Shown here: piece after piece, positions 48,269-58,165 of the stretch
Layout: the number at the start of each line of letters is the position of its first letter
Position numbering within the stretch: position 1 is the stretch's first letter
Origin: Lachnospiraceae bacterium
GTDB lineage: Bacteria; Bacillota; Clostridia; Lachnospirales; Lachnospiraceae
Direction of reading: 5' to 3'
NCBI GenBank assembly: GCA_029062885.1
Contig: JAIDPH010000125.1
Location: forward strand, 1,661-65,660
Length of the DNA: 64,000 bases
Notes under the pieces: generated by a model
The model's database searches: none
What the model saw: the letters and a program-made list of their open reading frames with translations, nothing else
What the model was told of the DNA's origin: nothing
Program-made: the position numbers and the translations under genes

Positions 48269-49219
48269 ATGAACGAAAAAACAGCAAGGCAGATTGAGGA
48301 AATGAAGAAACAGACCATCGGGGTTGAGGTGGAGATGAACAACATTGAAAGGAGCAAAGCGGCAAAAATCGCAGCCGACTTCTTCGGAACAGGACGGTAT
48401 AAGGATACAGCCTACAGGAATGGATACCACACTTGGAGCGCTTGGGATGCAGACGGCAGGGAATGGAAATTCCAGAAGGATGTGAGCATCAGCGGACCGG
48501 ACAGCGAGAAATGCGAACTGGTAACTCCGATCCTTAACTACAGCGACATTGAAACCCTGCAGGAACTTTTAAGAAAGCTGCGCCACGCAGGTGCAAAGAG
48601 CGATGCAAGCCGGGGATGCGGAGTTCACATCCACATCGGGGCAGCCGGACACACGCCACAGACCTTAAGGAACCTTGCAAACATCATGGCAAGCCACGAA
48701 AGCCTGATTGCTGGAGCACTAAAGCTCGACAGCCACAGGATCAGCCGATACTGCCGGATGGTCAGCCCGGATTTCCTTGCGGAGCTGAACCGCAGAAAGC
48801 CGAAGACGATGGCAAAACTGGCGGACATCTGGTACACCACACAGAGAGCCTCATGCGGACGAGATCACCACTACAATGACAGCAGATACCATATGCTGAA
48901 CCTCCACGCCACCTTTACAAAAGGCACCATCGAGTTCAGGCTCTTCCAATTCGACAGACCTGCAAACGGAAAACTGAACGGAATCCATGCGGGACAGCTT
49001 AAAAGCTACATTCAGCTCTGCCTTGCCTTAAGCCAGATGGCAAAAGAGGTACGCAGTGCAAGCCCGAAACCGCAGCAGAACGAAAACCCTAAATACGCAA
49101 TGAGAACATGGCTTTTGCGCCTCGGATTCATTGGAGAGGAATTTGCAACGGCACGGGATTTCCTTACAAGGAACCTTTCTGGAGACACGGCCTTCAGACA
49201 CGGCAGGATGGCCGCTTGA
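48269..49219 (+). CDS. Amidoligase (COOH-NH2 ligase type 2)
   Basis: GVEVEM; W....DVSI; CELVTP; CGVHIHIG; RYHMLN; TIEFRLF. Confidence 0.88.
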   Translation: MNEKTARQIEEMKKQTIGVEVEMNNIERSKAAKIAADFFGTGRYKDTAYRNGYHTWSAWDADGREWKFQKDVSISGPDSEKCELVTPILNYSDIETLQELLRKLRHAGAKSDASRGCGVHIHIGAAGHTPQTLRNLANIMASHESLIAGALKLDSHRISRYCRMVSPDFLAELNRRKPKTMAKLADIWYTTQRASCGRDHHYNDSRYHMLNLHATFTKGTIEFRLFQFDRPANGKLNGIHAGQLKSYIQLCLALSQMAKEVRSASPKPQQNENPKYAMRTWLLRLGFIGEEFATARDFLTRNLSGDTAFRHGRMAA

Positions 49220-49306
49220 AGGCCACAGCTAAGAGGCCCGCTTTAAACCGCTACGGCGGTCTTAAGGTGGTAGAAGGGTATTACCTTCGGAAAGGATGGA
49301 TTGAAT

Positions 49307-49759
49307 ATGAAAAAGAGATATTACTTAGCTTACGGAAGCAACCTCAATCTGCCGCAGATGCGACTGCGTTGCCCGACTGCAAGGGTGGTCGGAACTGCTA
49401 TGATCGAGGATTACGAGTTGCTCTTTAAAGGGAGCAAGACAGGCTCGTACCTGACAATAGAGAAAGCGAAAGGCGGTAAGGTACCCGTTGCGGTATGGGA
49501 GGTTCAGGAAAAGGACGAGGCAGAACTCGACAGGTACGAGGGATACCCTACGTTCTATTACAAGTTGGAAATGCACATCACCTTCAAAGGGATAAAAACT
49601 GGGAAGGAACGGAAAAGAAAAGCTTTTGTATACATTATGCATGAGAACAGACCTTTGGGATTTCCTTCCAAGCATTATGTAGAAACTTGCATGGTGGGAT
49701 ATCACACGTTTGGATTTGATGACAATTACCTTTGGGATGCGATAGAACGCAGCAGATAG
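49307..49759 (+). CDS. Gamma-glutamylcyclotransferase (AIG2-like)
   Basis: YLAYGSNL..QM..RCP; LDRYEGYP..Y. Confidence 0.88.
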   Translation: MKKRYYLAYGSNLNLPQMRLRCPTARVVGTAMIEDYELLFKGSKTGSYLTIEKAKGGKVPVAVWEVQEKDEAELDRYEGYPTFYYKLEMHITFKGIKTGKERKRKAFVYIMHENRPLGFPSKHYVETCMVGYHTFGFDDNYLWDAIERSR

Positions 49760-49767
49760 GAGGTAGC

Positions 49768-49968
49768 ATGAAAGCTGAAATAAGAACGATTAAGATATGT
49801 CCAAAATGTGGAGGTAGGTATGGCGGAGTTCCGGTACTTTCTAGGGAAGACAGCAAGAGCTTTATATGCCCGGATTGTGGGACACGGGAGGCTTTGGAGC
49901 AGATGGGGATCGATAAGCAAGAGCAGCAGGAAATAATCAAAACCATCCACAGATGCTACCGCCAATAA
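49768..49968 (+). CDS. Small zinc-ribbon phage protein
   Basis: CPKCG...LSRED....ICPDCGTREAL; AGGAGG RBS. Confidence 0.7.
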   Translation: MKAEIRTIKICPKCGGRYGGVPVLSREDSKSFICPDCGTREALEQMGIDKQEQQEIIKTIHRCYRQ

Positions 49969-49974
49969 AAGCCA

Positions 49975-50104
49975 CCATAAATTACACAATTTCTACTGCG
50001 GATATTTGTGTAGTTTATGCTTCAGATTAGCTTGCTATTATGTGCTTTTAGAGCGAATATGTATACTACCGAAAGGGAAAACAGAGCAAACGGAGGATAC
50101 GAAA
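49975..50104 (+). repeat. Cassette-leader repeat, copy 3
   Basis: TACACAA-N16-TTGTGTA; CTTGCTA; TTTTAGAGCGAATATGTATACTACCGAAAGGGAAAACA; CGGAGG. Confidence 0.8.
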
Positions 50105-50299
50105 ATGACCAGATTTGAAAGAGATTTTAAGGAAGCACAGGAAGGTAACGAGATTGAGGTTTTAACGAGACGCAAAGCCGAAATCGACAAACTGAAGGCA
50201 GAGGGTAAAGTCTGCAGGAACGGATTTCGCAGGCAATGCATTGCACAGGAGATTGCAAGGCTTACTGCAGAATACAACAAACTTGATGAGCTTTTCTAA
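50105..50299 (+). CDS. Small phage hypothetical protein
   Basis: CGGAGG RBS; MTRFERDF. Confidence 0.65.
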   Translation: MTRFERDFKEAQEGNEIEVLTRRKAEIDKLKAEGKVCRNGFRRQCIAQEIARLTAEYNKLDELF

Positions 50300-50315
50300 G
50301 GACGGAGGTGCAGCG

Positions 50316-50687
50316 ATGACGAGATTTATGCAGGAGTTAAACGGAAGACTTGGGGAATATTGGCAGAAGAGGGCAGAAAAGGAACTGGAGACGGTCAGAG
50401 CCGATCTGGATGCAGGACGGATCACCATTGACGAGAAGGGCATTGCTAGGAATTGCATCGGACGGGTACTGATGGAAGATATGCTTGAGAAACTTGCCCT
50501 GGTTACTGAAAAGGTCGATACAATAGCCACAGCCGCCGCACGGGAGGCGGAGGTCGCAAAGGAGCTGGAATCCTACCGGGCGAACAGAAAACCCCACAGT
50601 GCCGAAGAAATCGCCGAAATGAGGGCTGCATTCGGAAAGGGGACTACGGTGGTAAACATCCTTACGGGTGAAAAGGCGGTTCTTTGA
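50316..50687 (+). CDS. Phage hypothetical protein
   Basis: GGAGGTG RBS; C-terminal EMRAAFGKGTTVVNILTG. Confidence 0.65.
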   Translation: MTRFMQELNGRLGEYWQKRAEKELETVRADLDAGRITIDEKGIARNCIGRVLMEDMLEKLALVTEKVDTIATAAAREAEVAKELESYRANRKPHSAEEIAEMRAAFGKGTTVVNILTGEKAVL

Positions 50688-50809
50688 ACCTTACGGGATT
50701 GAATGGAATTAGAAAGAAACGGAGAACGGAGCTGGAGGGCTCTGTATCTCGTATAGATAGATTTTAAAGTCGCTTCGGCGGCTTATTTTTGTGCAGGGAA
50801 GTGAGCAGA

Positions 50810-52411
50810 TTGAGAAAGCTGAAGAAATATAAACCAACCAAATTCAAGGCAAGGACCTCGGTGTATGACAAGGAGCGGGCAGATTATGCGGTTTCCTTCA
50901 TCGAATGCCTGTGCCACACCAAAGGCACATGGGCGGGGAAATCGTTTGAACTTATCGACTGGCAGGAACAGATTATCCGTGATATCTTCGGCACGATCAA
51001 GTCGAATGGTTACAGGCAGTTCAACACGGCATACATCGAGATACCGAAAAAGAACGGTAAGTCGGAACTTGCGGCAGCAGTCGCTCTTCTTTTGTGCTGC
51101 GGGGACGGGGAAGAGCGGGCAGAGGTTTATGGCTGCGCCGCTGACCGTCAGCAGGCCTCCATTGTTTTTGAAGTGGCCGCTGATATGGTGCGGATGTGTC
51201 CTGCACTCGATAAGAGAGTGAAGATTCTTGCATCGCAGAAAAGGATCGTCTATATTCCGACAAACAGCTTTTATCAGGTGTTGTCGGCAGAAGCATATTC
51301 CAAGCACGGTTTTAATATCCACGGCGTGGTATTTGACGAGCTGCATACACAGCCGAACAGGAAACTCTTTGATGTCATGACAAAGGGTTCTGGCGATGCC
51401 AGGATGCAGCCGTTGTATTTCCTTATAACGACAGCGGGAACTGACACGAACTCCATCTGCTATGAAACACATCAAAAGGCAAAGGATATCATAGAGGGGA
51501 GAAAGATAGATCCCACTTTCTATCCTGTCATATACGGTGCGGATGAATCCGAGGACTGGACAGACCCGGCAGTCTGGAAGAAATCCAACCCTTCACTCGG
51601 AGAGACCATCGGGATGGATAAGGTACAGGCAGCCTGTGATTCAGCAAGGCAGAATCCAGGGGAAGAGAACTCTTTTAGGCAGCTTAGGCTTAACCAATGG
51701 GTGAAGCAGGCCATCAGATGGATGCCGATGGAAAAGTGGGATGCCTGCGGATTTCCTGTCAATGAGGATTACCTTGAAGGGCGCGTCTGCTACGGCGGCC
51801 TTGACCTTTCAAGCACAACGGACATAACTGCATTTGCGCTTGTATTCCCACCGATTGATGAGGAGGATAAATACTGCGTGCTGCCATACTTCTGGGTGCC
51901 GGAAGAAACACTCGAACTGCGGGTGAGGCGCGACCATGTCCCTTATGATGTATGGGAACGACAGGGGTATCTTATGACTACGGAAGGAAATGTGGTGCAT
52001 TACGGTTATATCGAAAAGTTCATAGAACGGCTGGGTGAACGATTCAACATCCGTGAGATTGCCTTTGACAGATGGGGTGCCGTGCAGATGGTGCAGAATC
52101 TTGAGGGAATGGGTTTTACGGTCGTTCCTTTCGGTCAGGGCTTTAAGGATATGTCCCCGCCGACAAAAGAACTGATGAAGCTTACCCTTGAGCAGAGAAT
52201 TGCACACAGCGGTCATCCCGTACTCAGATGGATGATGGATAACATCTTCATCCGGACTGATCCTGCAGGAAACATCAAGGCAGACAAGGAAAAGTCTACT
52301 GAAAAGATAGACGGCGCAATCGCAATGATTATGGGACTTGACAGGGCAATAAGATGCGGGATAGATACATCGGAGAGTGTCTATGATAGCCGAGGACTGC
52401 TTGTCCTATGA
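50810..52411 (+). CDS. terL: Terminase large subunit
   Basis: IPKKNGKSE Walker A; VVFDELH; ITTAG; GGLDLS; IAFDRW; KIDGAIA. Confidence 0.95.
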   Translation: MRKLKKYKPTKFKARTSVYDKERADYAVSFIECLCHTKGTWAGKSFELIDWQEQIIRDIFGTIKSNGYRQFNTAYIEIPKKNGKSELAAAVALLLCCGDGEERAEVYGCAADRQQASIVFEVAADMVRMCPALDKRVKILASQKRIVYIPTNSFYQVLSAEAYSKHGFNIHGVVFDELHTQPNRKLFDVMTKGSGDARMQPLYFLITTAGTDTNSICYETHQKAKDIIEGRKIDPTFYPVIYGADESEDWTDPAVWKKSNPSLGETIGMDKVQAACDSARQNPGEENSFRQLRLNQWVKQAIRWMPMEKWDACGFPVNEDYLEGRVCYGGLDLSSTTDITAFALVFPPIDEEDKYCVLPYFWVPEETLELRVRRDHVPYDVWERQGYLMTTEGNVVHYGYIEKFIERLGERFNIREIAFDRWGAVQMVQNLEGMGFTVVPFGQGFKDMSPPTKELMKLTLEQRIAHSGHPVLRWMMDNIFIRTDPAGNIKADKEKSTEKIDGAIAMIMGLDRAIRCGIDTSESVYDSRGLLVL

Positions 52412-52722
52412 CTTTGCTTCCTTTTCCTGCTGACACGGTATGTAAGATGATATTCATCATGTTTGTGTATTTTCACGAGTGCATCCGGGAGAGAGCCTGC
52501 ATGGTCATGTAAGTGGTAGGGTGTTCCTTTATGATGTGTATGGTATATGATGCATGATCTTATCCGGCTATATTCCTGTAGAAGGATATGCCAGCAATGC
52601 TTAGTGTTTTTTGATTGGATGGTGACAGTATATGCCCCTTTGCCTATGACATTAAAATAACTGTCGTCAATCCTGTTTAATTCATCTGTAGAAAACAATA
52701 AGTGATACCTCCTCTTTGCCAA
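52381..52722 (-). CDS. Antisense moron, His-rich hypothetical protein
   Basis: Only long ORF between terL and portal; YHTHH...YHLH..H motif; start uncertain. Confidence 0.5.
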   Translation of the reverse strand: MAKRRYHLLFSTDELNRIDDSYFNVIGKGAYTVTIQSKNTKHCWHILLQEYSRIRSCIIYHTHHKGTPYHLHDHAGSLPDALVKIHKHDEYHLTYRVSRKRKQSHRTSSPRLS

Positions 52723-52913
52723 TTTAATAAGTAATGGGAAATGTGCCGAGAATCCGGCAGGTAAATGTTAATAAATATGCTACCCATATGATAACAGATA
52801 TTTCAGGGTGGCGCAAGTTCATTTTTGGAGGCAGAAAATGATTACTTTATCAATATTAGGTTTCCTTTTAATAAGGGAAGCCATAAACCAGACATTGGAA
52901 GGAATGTGATCTT

Positions 52914-54224
52914 ATGGGATTTTTAAGTGGAATATTCAGATCCCGCGATAAACCTTCAGACAGGACAGCGGGAGGCGCATACAACTTTTTTATGGGAGGC
53001 TCAACAAGCGGAAAACGCGTAAATGAGCGCTCCGCAATGCAGATGACGGCGGTCTACGCCTGCGTCCGTATACTTTCGGAAGCAGTGGCGGGGCTGCCTC
53101 TTCATTTATACAGATATACGGATGAGGGCAGCAAGGAAAAGGCCTTCGACCATGCGCTGTATTTTTTACTGCATGATGAGCCTAATCCTGAGATGACCTC
53201 ATTTATTTTCAGGGAAACATTGATGACGCATCTGCTTTTGTGGGGAAATGCCTACGCGCAGATCATAAGGGACGGCAGGGGACAGGTTATTGCACTATAC
53301 CCGCTTATGCCCGACAGGATGAGCGTTGACAGGGATGAGAGCGGCAGACTCTACTACGAATACCGTGTATCTGCTGACGATGCTCACACCCTAAAGGAGG
53401 GAACCGTGCAGCTTAGTTCTTCGGATGTGCTGCATATCCCCGGTCTGGGGTTTGACGGACTTGTGGGATATTCCCCCATTGCGATGGCAAAAAATGCCAT
53501 AGGCATGGCTATTGCCTGTGAGGAATACGGGGCAAAGTTCTTTGCTAACGGCGCACAGCCAAGCGGGGTACTGGAGCATCCGGGAACAATAAAAGACCCG
53601 TCTAAGGTGCGTGAATCATGGACACAGACTTTTGGAGGTAGCCATAATGCCAACAAGGTAGCGGTGCTTGAAGAAGGGATGAAATACACCCCCATATCAA
53701 TCTCTCCGGAACAGGCGCAGTTTTTGGAGACAAGGAAGTTCCAGATAGATGAGATAGCGCGTATTTTCAGAATTCCGCCACACATGGTGGGGGACCTTGA
53801 TAAAAGCAGTTTCTCGAATATCGAGCAGCAGTCGCTTGAGTTTGTGACATACACACTGGCACCGTGGATATGCAGATGGGAACAATCAATAGTCCGTTCA
53901 CTACTTTCTGATGAAGAGAAGAAGGTAATGTTTGTAAAGTTCAATGTGGATGGACTTCTAAGAGGTGATTACCAGAGCCGTATGCAGGGTTATGCCACGG
54001 CAAGGCAGAATGGGTGGATGAGTGCCAATGACATAAGGGAACTTGAGAACCTAGACCGCATCCCCGCAGATGAAGGCGGCGATCTGTACCTTATCAACGG
54101 AAATATGACAAAGTTAAAGGATGCCGGGATTTTTGCGGCAGACGGAAAGGAGCAAGATGAAAAAGTTCTGGAACTGGACGAGTCGGAAGACTCAAAACCG
54201 GGAAACAGACGGAGAAAGCAGTGA
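52914..54224 (+). CDS. HK97-family portal protein
   Basis: AVYACVRILSE; LLWGNAY; GLVGYSPI; IARIFRIPP; SFSNIEQQ. Confidence 0.95.
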   Translation: MGFLSGIFRSRDKPSDRTAGGAYNFFMGGSTSGKRVNERSAMQMTAVYACVRILSEAVAGLPLHLYRYTDEGSKEKAFDHALYFLLHDEPNPEMTSFIFRETLMTHLLLWGNAYAQIIRDGRGQVIALYPLMPDRMSVDRDESGRLYYEYRVSADDAHTLKEGTVQLSSSDVLHIPGLGFDGLVGYSPIAMAKNAIGMAIACEEYGAKFFANGAQPSGVLEHPGTIKDPSKVRESWTQTFGGSHNANKVAVLEEGMKYTPISISPEQAQFLETRKFQIDEIARIFRIPPHMVGDLDKSSFSNIEQQSLEFVTYTLAPWICRWEQSIVRSLLSDEEKKVMFVKFNVDGLLRGDYQSRMQGYATARQNGWMSANDIRELENLDRIPADEGGDLYLINGNMTKLKDAGIFAADGKEQDEKVLELDESEDSKPGNRRRKQ

Positions 54225-54939
54225 AAGGGTGTTAACCTTAAACGGAACGATAGCTGAAGAGAGCTGGTTTGACGATGATGTCACTCCGGCTCTTTTTCGT
54301 GATGAACTGAATTCCGGCACGGGTGACATCACGGTGTGGATCAATTCCCCTGGCGGTGACTGCATCGCGGCAGCACAGATTTATAACATGCTCTCCGCCT
54401 ATAACGGAAAGGTAACTGTAAAGATTGACGGGATAGCCGCATCTGCGGCATCGGTAATCGCTATGGCAGGGGATGAGATTTTAATGTCCCCGGTTTCCAT
54501 GATGATGATCCATAATCCCGCCACCATTGCATTCGGTGACCATACCGAGATGCAGAAGGCAATGGATATGCTCTCAGAGGTCAAGGAGTCCATTATCAAT
54601 GCTTATGTCTTAAAGACAGGACAGTCAAGGGCTAAACTCTCGCACCTTATGGATGCAGAAACATGGATGGACGCAAACAAGGCAGTGGAGCTCGGCTTTG
54701 CCGATGACATACTCTCCTATGAGGGTAGAGATAATGCAGAGGCGGTAGATGGGGCGGTTTCCATGCTTTTCTCCAGACAGGCAGTAAGCAACACATTTTT
54801 AAACAAGGTTAGTGCCAAATATGGAGATAGAAACAAGCCTGTGGCACAGCAGGCAGAAATAACTGTGCCGGAAGCAGAAGAGGGGCGCAGCGTGGCAGAT
54901 GTCATGGAGCGCCTTTTAGTTATCAAAAAATTTATTTAA
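54157..54939 (+). CDS. ClpP-like head maturation protease
   Basis: INSPGGD; IDGIAASAASVIAMAG; MMIHNP; ETWM.A..AVELGFAD. Confidence 0.92.
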   Translation: MKKFWNWTSRKTQNRETDGESSERVLTLNGTIAEESWFDDDVTPALFRDELNSGTGDITVWINSPGGDCIAAAQIYNMLSAYNGKVTVKIDGIAASAASVIAMAGDEILMSPVSMMMIHNPATIAFGDHTEMQKAMDMLSEVKESIINAYVLKTGQSRAKLSHLMDAETWMDANKAVELGFADDILSYEGRDNAEAVDGAVSMLFSRQAVSNTFLNKVSAKYGDRNKPVAQQAEITVPEAEEGRSVADVMERLLVIKKFI

Positions 54940-54954
54940 TGGAGGTAAGAGATT

Positions 54955-56142
54955 ATGAAATTACAGGAGCTTATTGCAAAAAGAGCGAAGGTTTGGGAGG
55001 CAGCAAAGGCATTTGTGGAATCTCACCAGAAGGAGAATGGGACGCTCTCTGCTGAGGATACTGCAGCATACGAGAAGATGGAGGAAGAGATCACGGACCT
55101 TACGGCGGCAATTGACCGTGAAAGACGCGCACAGGAGCGCGAGGCAGAACTGAACAAGCCTGTAAATACTCCCCTGACCGTAAAGCCTTATAAAGCAGAT
55201 GAGGGCGGGGAAAAAACAGGACGCGCATCTGATGAGTACAGGAAAGGAATGCTCCAGGCACTCCGCTCAAACTTCCGCCAGATTTCCAATGTACTACAGG
55301 AAGGCGTGGACTCTGATGGCGGATATCTCGTTCCGGAGGAATATGACCGCAGGCTTATAGATGTACTTGATGAGGAGAACATCATGAGAAGCCTTGGAAC
55401 CAAGATAACCACAAGCGGTGAGCATAAGATCAACATCGCGGCAACAAAGCCTGCAGCATCGTGGATTGAGGAAGGCGGCCAGCTTACTTTCGGTGATGCC
55501 ACTTTTGACCAGATCATCATGGATGCCTACAAGCTGCATGTGGCTATCAAGGTAACAGAGGAACTGCTCTATGACAATGCTTTCGGTCTTGAAAACTACA
55601 TCATTACGCAGTTCGGTAAGGCCATTGCAAATGCTGAGGAGGATGCATTTCTTAACGGCGACGGTAAGGGAAAGCCTACGGGTCTGTTCCATGCCACAAA
55701 GGGCGGCATTCTTGCGAACACCATTGAGAAGATCGCAAGTGATGACCTCATCAGCCTTGTGTATGCTTTAAAACGTCCTTACCGTAAGAGAGCATCGTTC
55801 ATCCTGAATGACAAGACACTGTCTTCGATCCGTACCTTAAAGGATAACAACGGAGCCTATATCTGGCAGCCATCCTACCAGGCAGGAGAGCCGGACAGAC
55901 TCCTTGGATATACAATGCACACTTCCGCATACGCGCCTACCGATGCCATCTCCTTCGGAGATTACAGCTATTATAATATCGGTGACCGCGGAACAAGGTC
56001 TTTTGCGGAGCTGAAGGAGCTGTTTGCCGGAAACGGAATGATCGGTTTTGTGGCCAAAGAGCGTGTGGATGGGAAGCTAGTGCTTCAGGAGGCAGTACAG
56101 ATTCTGAAACTGAAGGAAAAAACACAGGCGGCAAAAGCCTGA
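54955..56142 (+). CDS. HK97-fold major capsid protein
   Basis: N-terminal delta coiled coil; DGGYLVPEE; FLNGDG.GKP.G; LKDNNGAYIW; GDYSYY. Confidence 0.95.
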   Translation: MKLQELIAKRAKVWEAAKAFVESHQKENGTLSAEDTAAYEKMEEEITDLTAAIDRERRAQEREAELNKPVNTPLTVKPYKADEGGEKTGRASDEYRKGMLQALRSNFRQISNVLQEGVDSDGGYLVPEEYDRRLIDVLDEENIMRSLGTKITTSGEHKINIAATKPAASWIEEGGQLTFGDATFDQIIMDAYKLHVAIKVTEELLYDNAFGLENYIITQFGKAIANAEEDAFLNGDGKGKPTGLFHATKGGILANTIEKIASDDLISLVYALKRPYRKRASFILNDKTLSSIRTLKDNNGAYIWQPSYQAGEPDRLLGYTMHTSAYAPTDAISFGDYSYYNIGDRGTRSFAELKELFAGNGMIGFVAKERVDGKLVLQEAVQILKLKEKTQAAKA

Positions 56143-56198
56143 GTAAGTGCGGCGGTGCCAAATAAGTGGTGCCGCCAGAACTGTGTGGGGTGGCATGA

Positions 56199-56474
56199 AT
56201 GATAATTTCACTAAATGAGATGAAAAAATATCTCCGTGTGGATTTTGATGATGATGATACGATACTGAGGAAACTGATACAGTCCTCGGAGCAGATGTGC
56301 ATGAACATAGCAAGATACGAGGATGCAAAGGCATTTGCAAAAGAGAAAAATGCAAAGACAGCGGTCATGTACGCAGTGGCATATCAGTATGAACATCGTG
56401 AGGAAGCTGACCATAATGCACTGGCTGTTTCCCTCCGTTCTTTACTTTTTGATATTCGGAAGGAGAAATTCTGA
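56199..56474 (+). CDS. Head-tail connector (gp6-like)
   Basis: LNEMKKYLRVDFDDDD; YEHRE. Confidence 0.85.
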   Translation: MIISLNEMKKYLRVDFDDDDTILRKLIQSSEQMCMNIARYEDAKAFAKEKNAKTAVMYAVAYQYEHREEADHNALAVSLRSLLFDIRKEKF

Positions 56475-56806
56475 TGGAAATATCACTTTTAAACGTAAAG
56501 ATTATGTTCCAAAAATCGGATGTAGCTGTGGATGATATCGGAAATCACAAGAATGGGTGGACAGATTATTATTCTTGCCATGCAACCGTAAACGGTGAGA
56601 AGGGCGGCGATAAGGACATAGCCGGACTTACGGTAGATGATTCTGAGATTGCCTTTACGGTCCGGTACTGCAAAAAGGCCGCTGCTATTGATGTTACGGG
56701 ATTCCGTGTGGTATTCGGGAGTGAGCTTTATAACATCGTATCAATCGACCACATGAATTATAAAAAGAAGTGTCTGAAGTTCAGATGCAGGAAAGTGAGG
56801 CGGTAG
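56474..56806 (+). CDS. Head closure/head-tail adaptor
   Basis: DDIGN...W; FTVRY; YNIVSID; synteny. Confidence 0.8.
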   Translation: MEISLLNVKIMFQKSDVAVDDIGNHKNGWTDYYSCHATVNGEKGGDKDIAGLTVDDSEIAFTVRYCKKAAAIDVTGFRVVFGSELYNIVSIDHMNYKKKCLKFRCRKVRR

Positions 56807-56808
56807 CT

Positions 56809-57195
56809 ATGGGAAAAGACAGATGCTCAATTGATGGCCTTGCAAAAGTTGTTATAGATGGACTGACCGAGTACGCAGACCTTGCTTCCGAGGAATTGAA
56901 GAGTGCCATAAAAAAAGCCGGAAATTCAGTAAAAAAGGATATTCAGGAGAATGCCCCAAAGGATACGGGCACATATTCAAAGAGCTGGACGGTAAAGACC
57001 ACGAAGGAAACGTCTAATTCCCTGGAAGTCACGGTGTATTCTCCAAAAAAATACCAGATGGCGCATCTTTTGGAGTTTGGCCATGCAAAAAGGGGCGGTG
57101 GAAGGACAAAGGCACAGCCGCATATTGCCCCGGCAGAAGAAAAAGCAAAAAAGCAACTGGAATCTGATATCCAGCGGGCATTGGGAGGTTTGTGA
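56809..57195 (+). CDS. HK97 gp10-like protein
   Basis: APKDTG.Y..SW; AHLLEFGH; AQPHIAPA. Confidence 0.85.
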   Translation: MGKDRCSIDGLAKVVIDGLTEYADLASEELKSAIKKAGNSVKKDIQENAPKDTGTYSKSWTVKTTKETSNSLEVTVYSPKKYQMAHLLEFGHAKRGGGRTKAQPHIAPAEEKAKKQLESDIQRALGGL

Positions 57196-57521
57196 TGAAT
57201 GAACTGGCAGGGATGATAAAAGAGATGGGCATTCCCTTTGCCTATGACCACTTTGCGGAAGGGGAGAGTCCGTCTCCGCCGTTTATCTGTTACTTTCTTC
57301 CGGGCAGTAATAATTTTGCTGCAGATGGAAAAGTGTACCACAGGATAAACAGGGTAAAGATTGAACTTTATACGGACTTTAAAGATCCGTCAATAGAGGA
57401 AAAAGTAACAGCCGTGCTTGATAAGCATGGCATTTTTTATGAACAGACGGAAGTATGGATTGAATCTGAAAAACTGTATGAAGTCGTATTTTCGTTTGAA
57501 ATTTCCATGAAAGGTAGGTAA
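57192..57521 (+). CDS. Tail terminator-like protein
   Basis: PFAYDHF..GESP.PPFICY; synteny before the major tail protein. Confidence 0.7.
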   Translation: MMNELAGMIKEMGIPFAYDHFAEGESPSPPFICYFLPGSNNFAADGKVYHRINRVKIELYTDFKDPSIEEKVTAVLDKHGIFYEQTEVWIESEKLYEVVFSFEISMKGR

Positions 57522-57527
57522 ATTCAT

Positions 57528-58154
57528 ATGCCAAACAAGAAGAATAAGGTTAAATTCAATATCTGCAACGTGCATTATGCCCCGTTAAATGTTGCAGAGG
57601 ACGGGGCAGTAACATTTGAAAAACCCGTTGCAATGCCCGGAGCAGTCTCTATCAGCCTTGACCCTACAGGTGAGCCTGAGAGTTTTTATGCAGACGGCAT
57701 TGAGTATTATGTCATCAACAATAACCAGGGTTATGACGGGGACCTTGAGCTTGCCATGATCCCTGAGTCATTCAGGACAGACATTTTAAAGGAAGAGGCA
57801 GACGCCAATAACGTGCTTGTGGAGAATGCAAACAGCGAGACAGGCAGCTTTGCGCTTCTTTTTGAGTTTGACGGGGATATCAGAAAAATCCGCCATGTCC
57901 TGTATAACTGCTCTGCATCCAGGCCTACTATTGAGTCCAAGACCAATGAGGAGGATAAAGAGGTACAAACGGAAACTCTTACAGTTAAGGCAAGGCCCCT
58001 TGCAAGCGGGTATGTAAAGGCCAAGACCGGGGATTCCACAACAGAGTCTGTCTATAACGACTGGTATAAGTCCGTGTATGAACCTACTGTTGAAAGTACG
58101 GCAAAGGCATCTGCACCAGCGACAACGGCTGCGAAGAATAGTTCTGCATCATAG
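57528..58154 (+). CDS. Major tail protein (phi13 family)
   Basis: NVHYA; PGAVSISL; FYADG; FALLFEFDGD; VLYNC.ASRP. Confidence 0.9.
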   Translation: MPNKKNKVKFNICNVHYAPLNVAEDGAVTFEKPVAMPGAVSISLDPTGEPESFYADGIEYYVINNNQGYDGDLELAMIPESFRTDILKEEADANNVLVENANSETGSFALLFEFDGDIRKIRHVLYNCSASRPTIESKTNEEDKEVQTETLTVKARPLASGYVKAKTGDSTTESVYNDWYKSVYEPTVESTAKASAPATTAAKNSSAS

Positions 58155-58165
58155 GAGGTAGCGAA

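Noticed and set aside
47160-50104. Repeats as a CRISPR array
   Set aside because: Only three long, degenerate copies separated by whole genes (1-2 kb)
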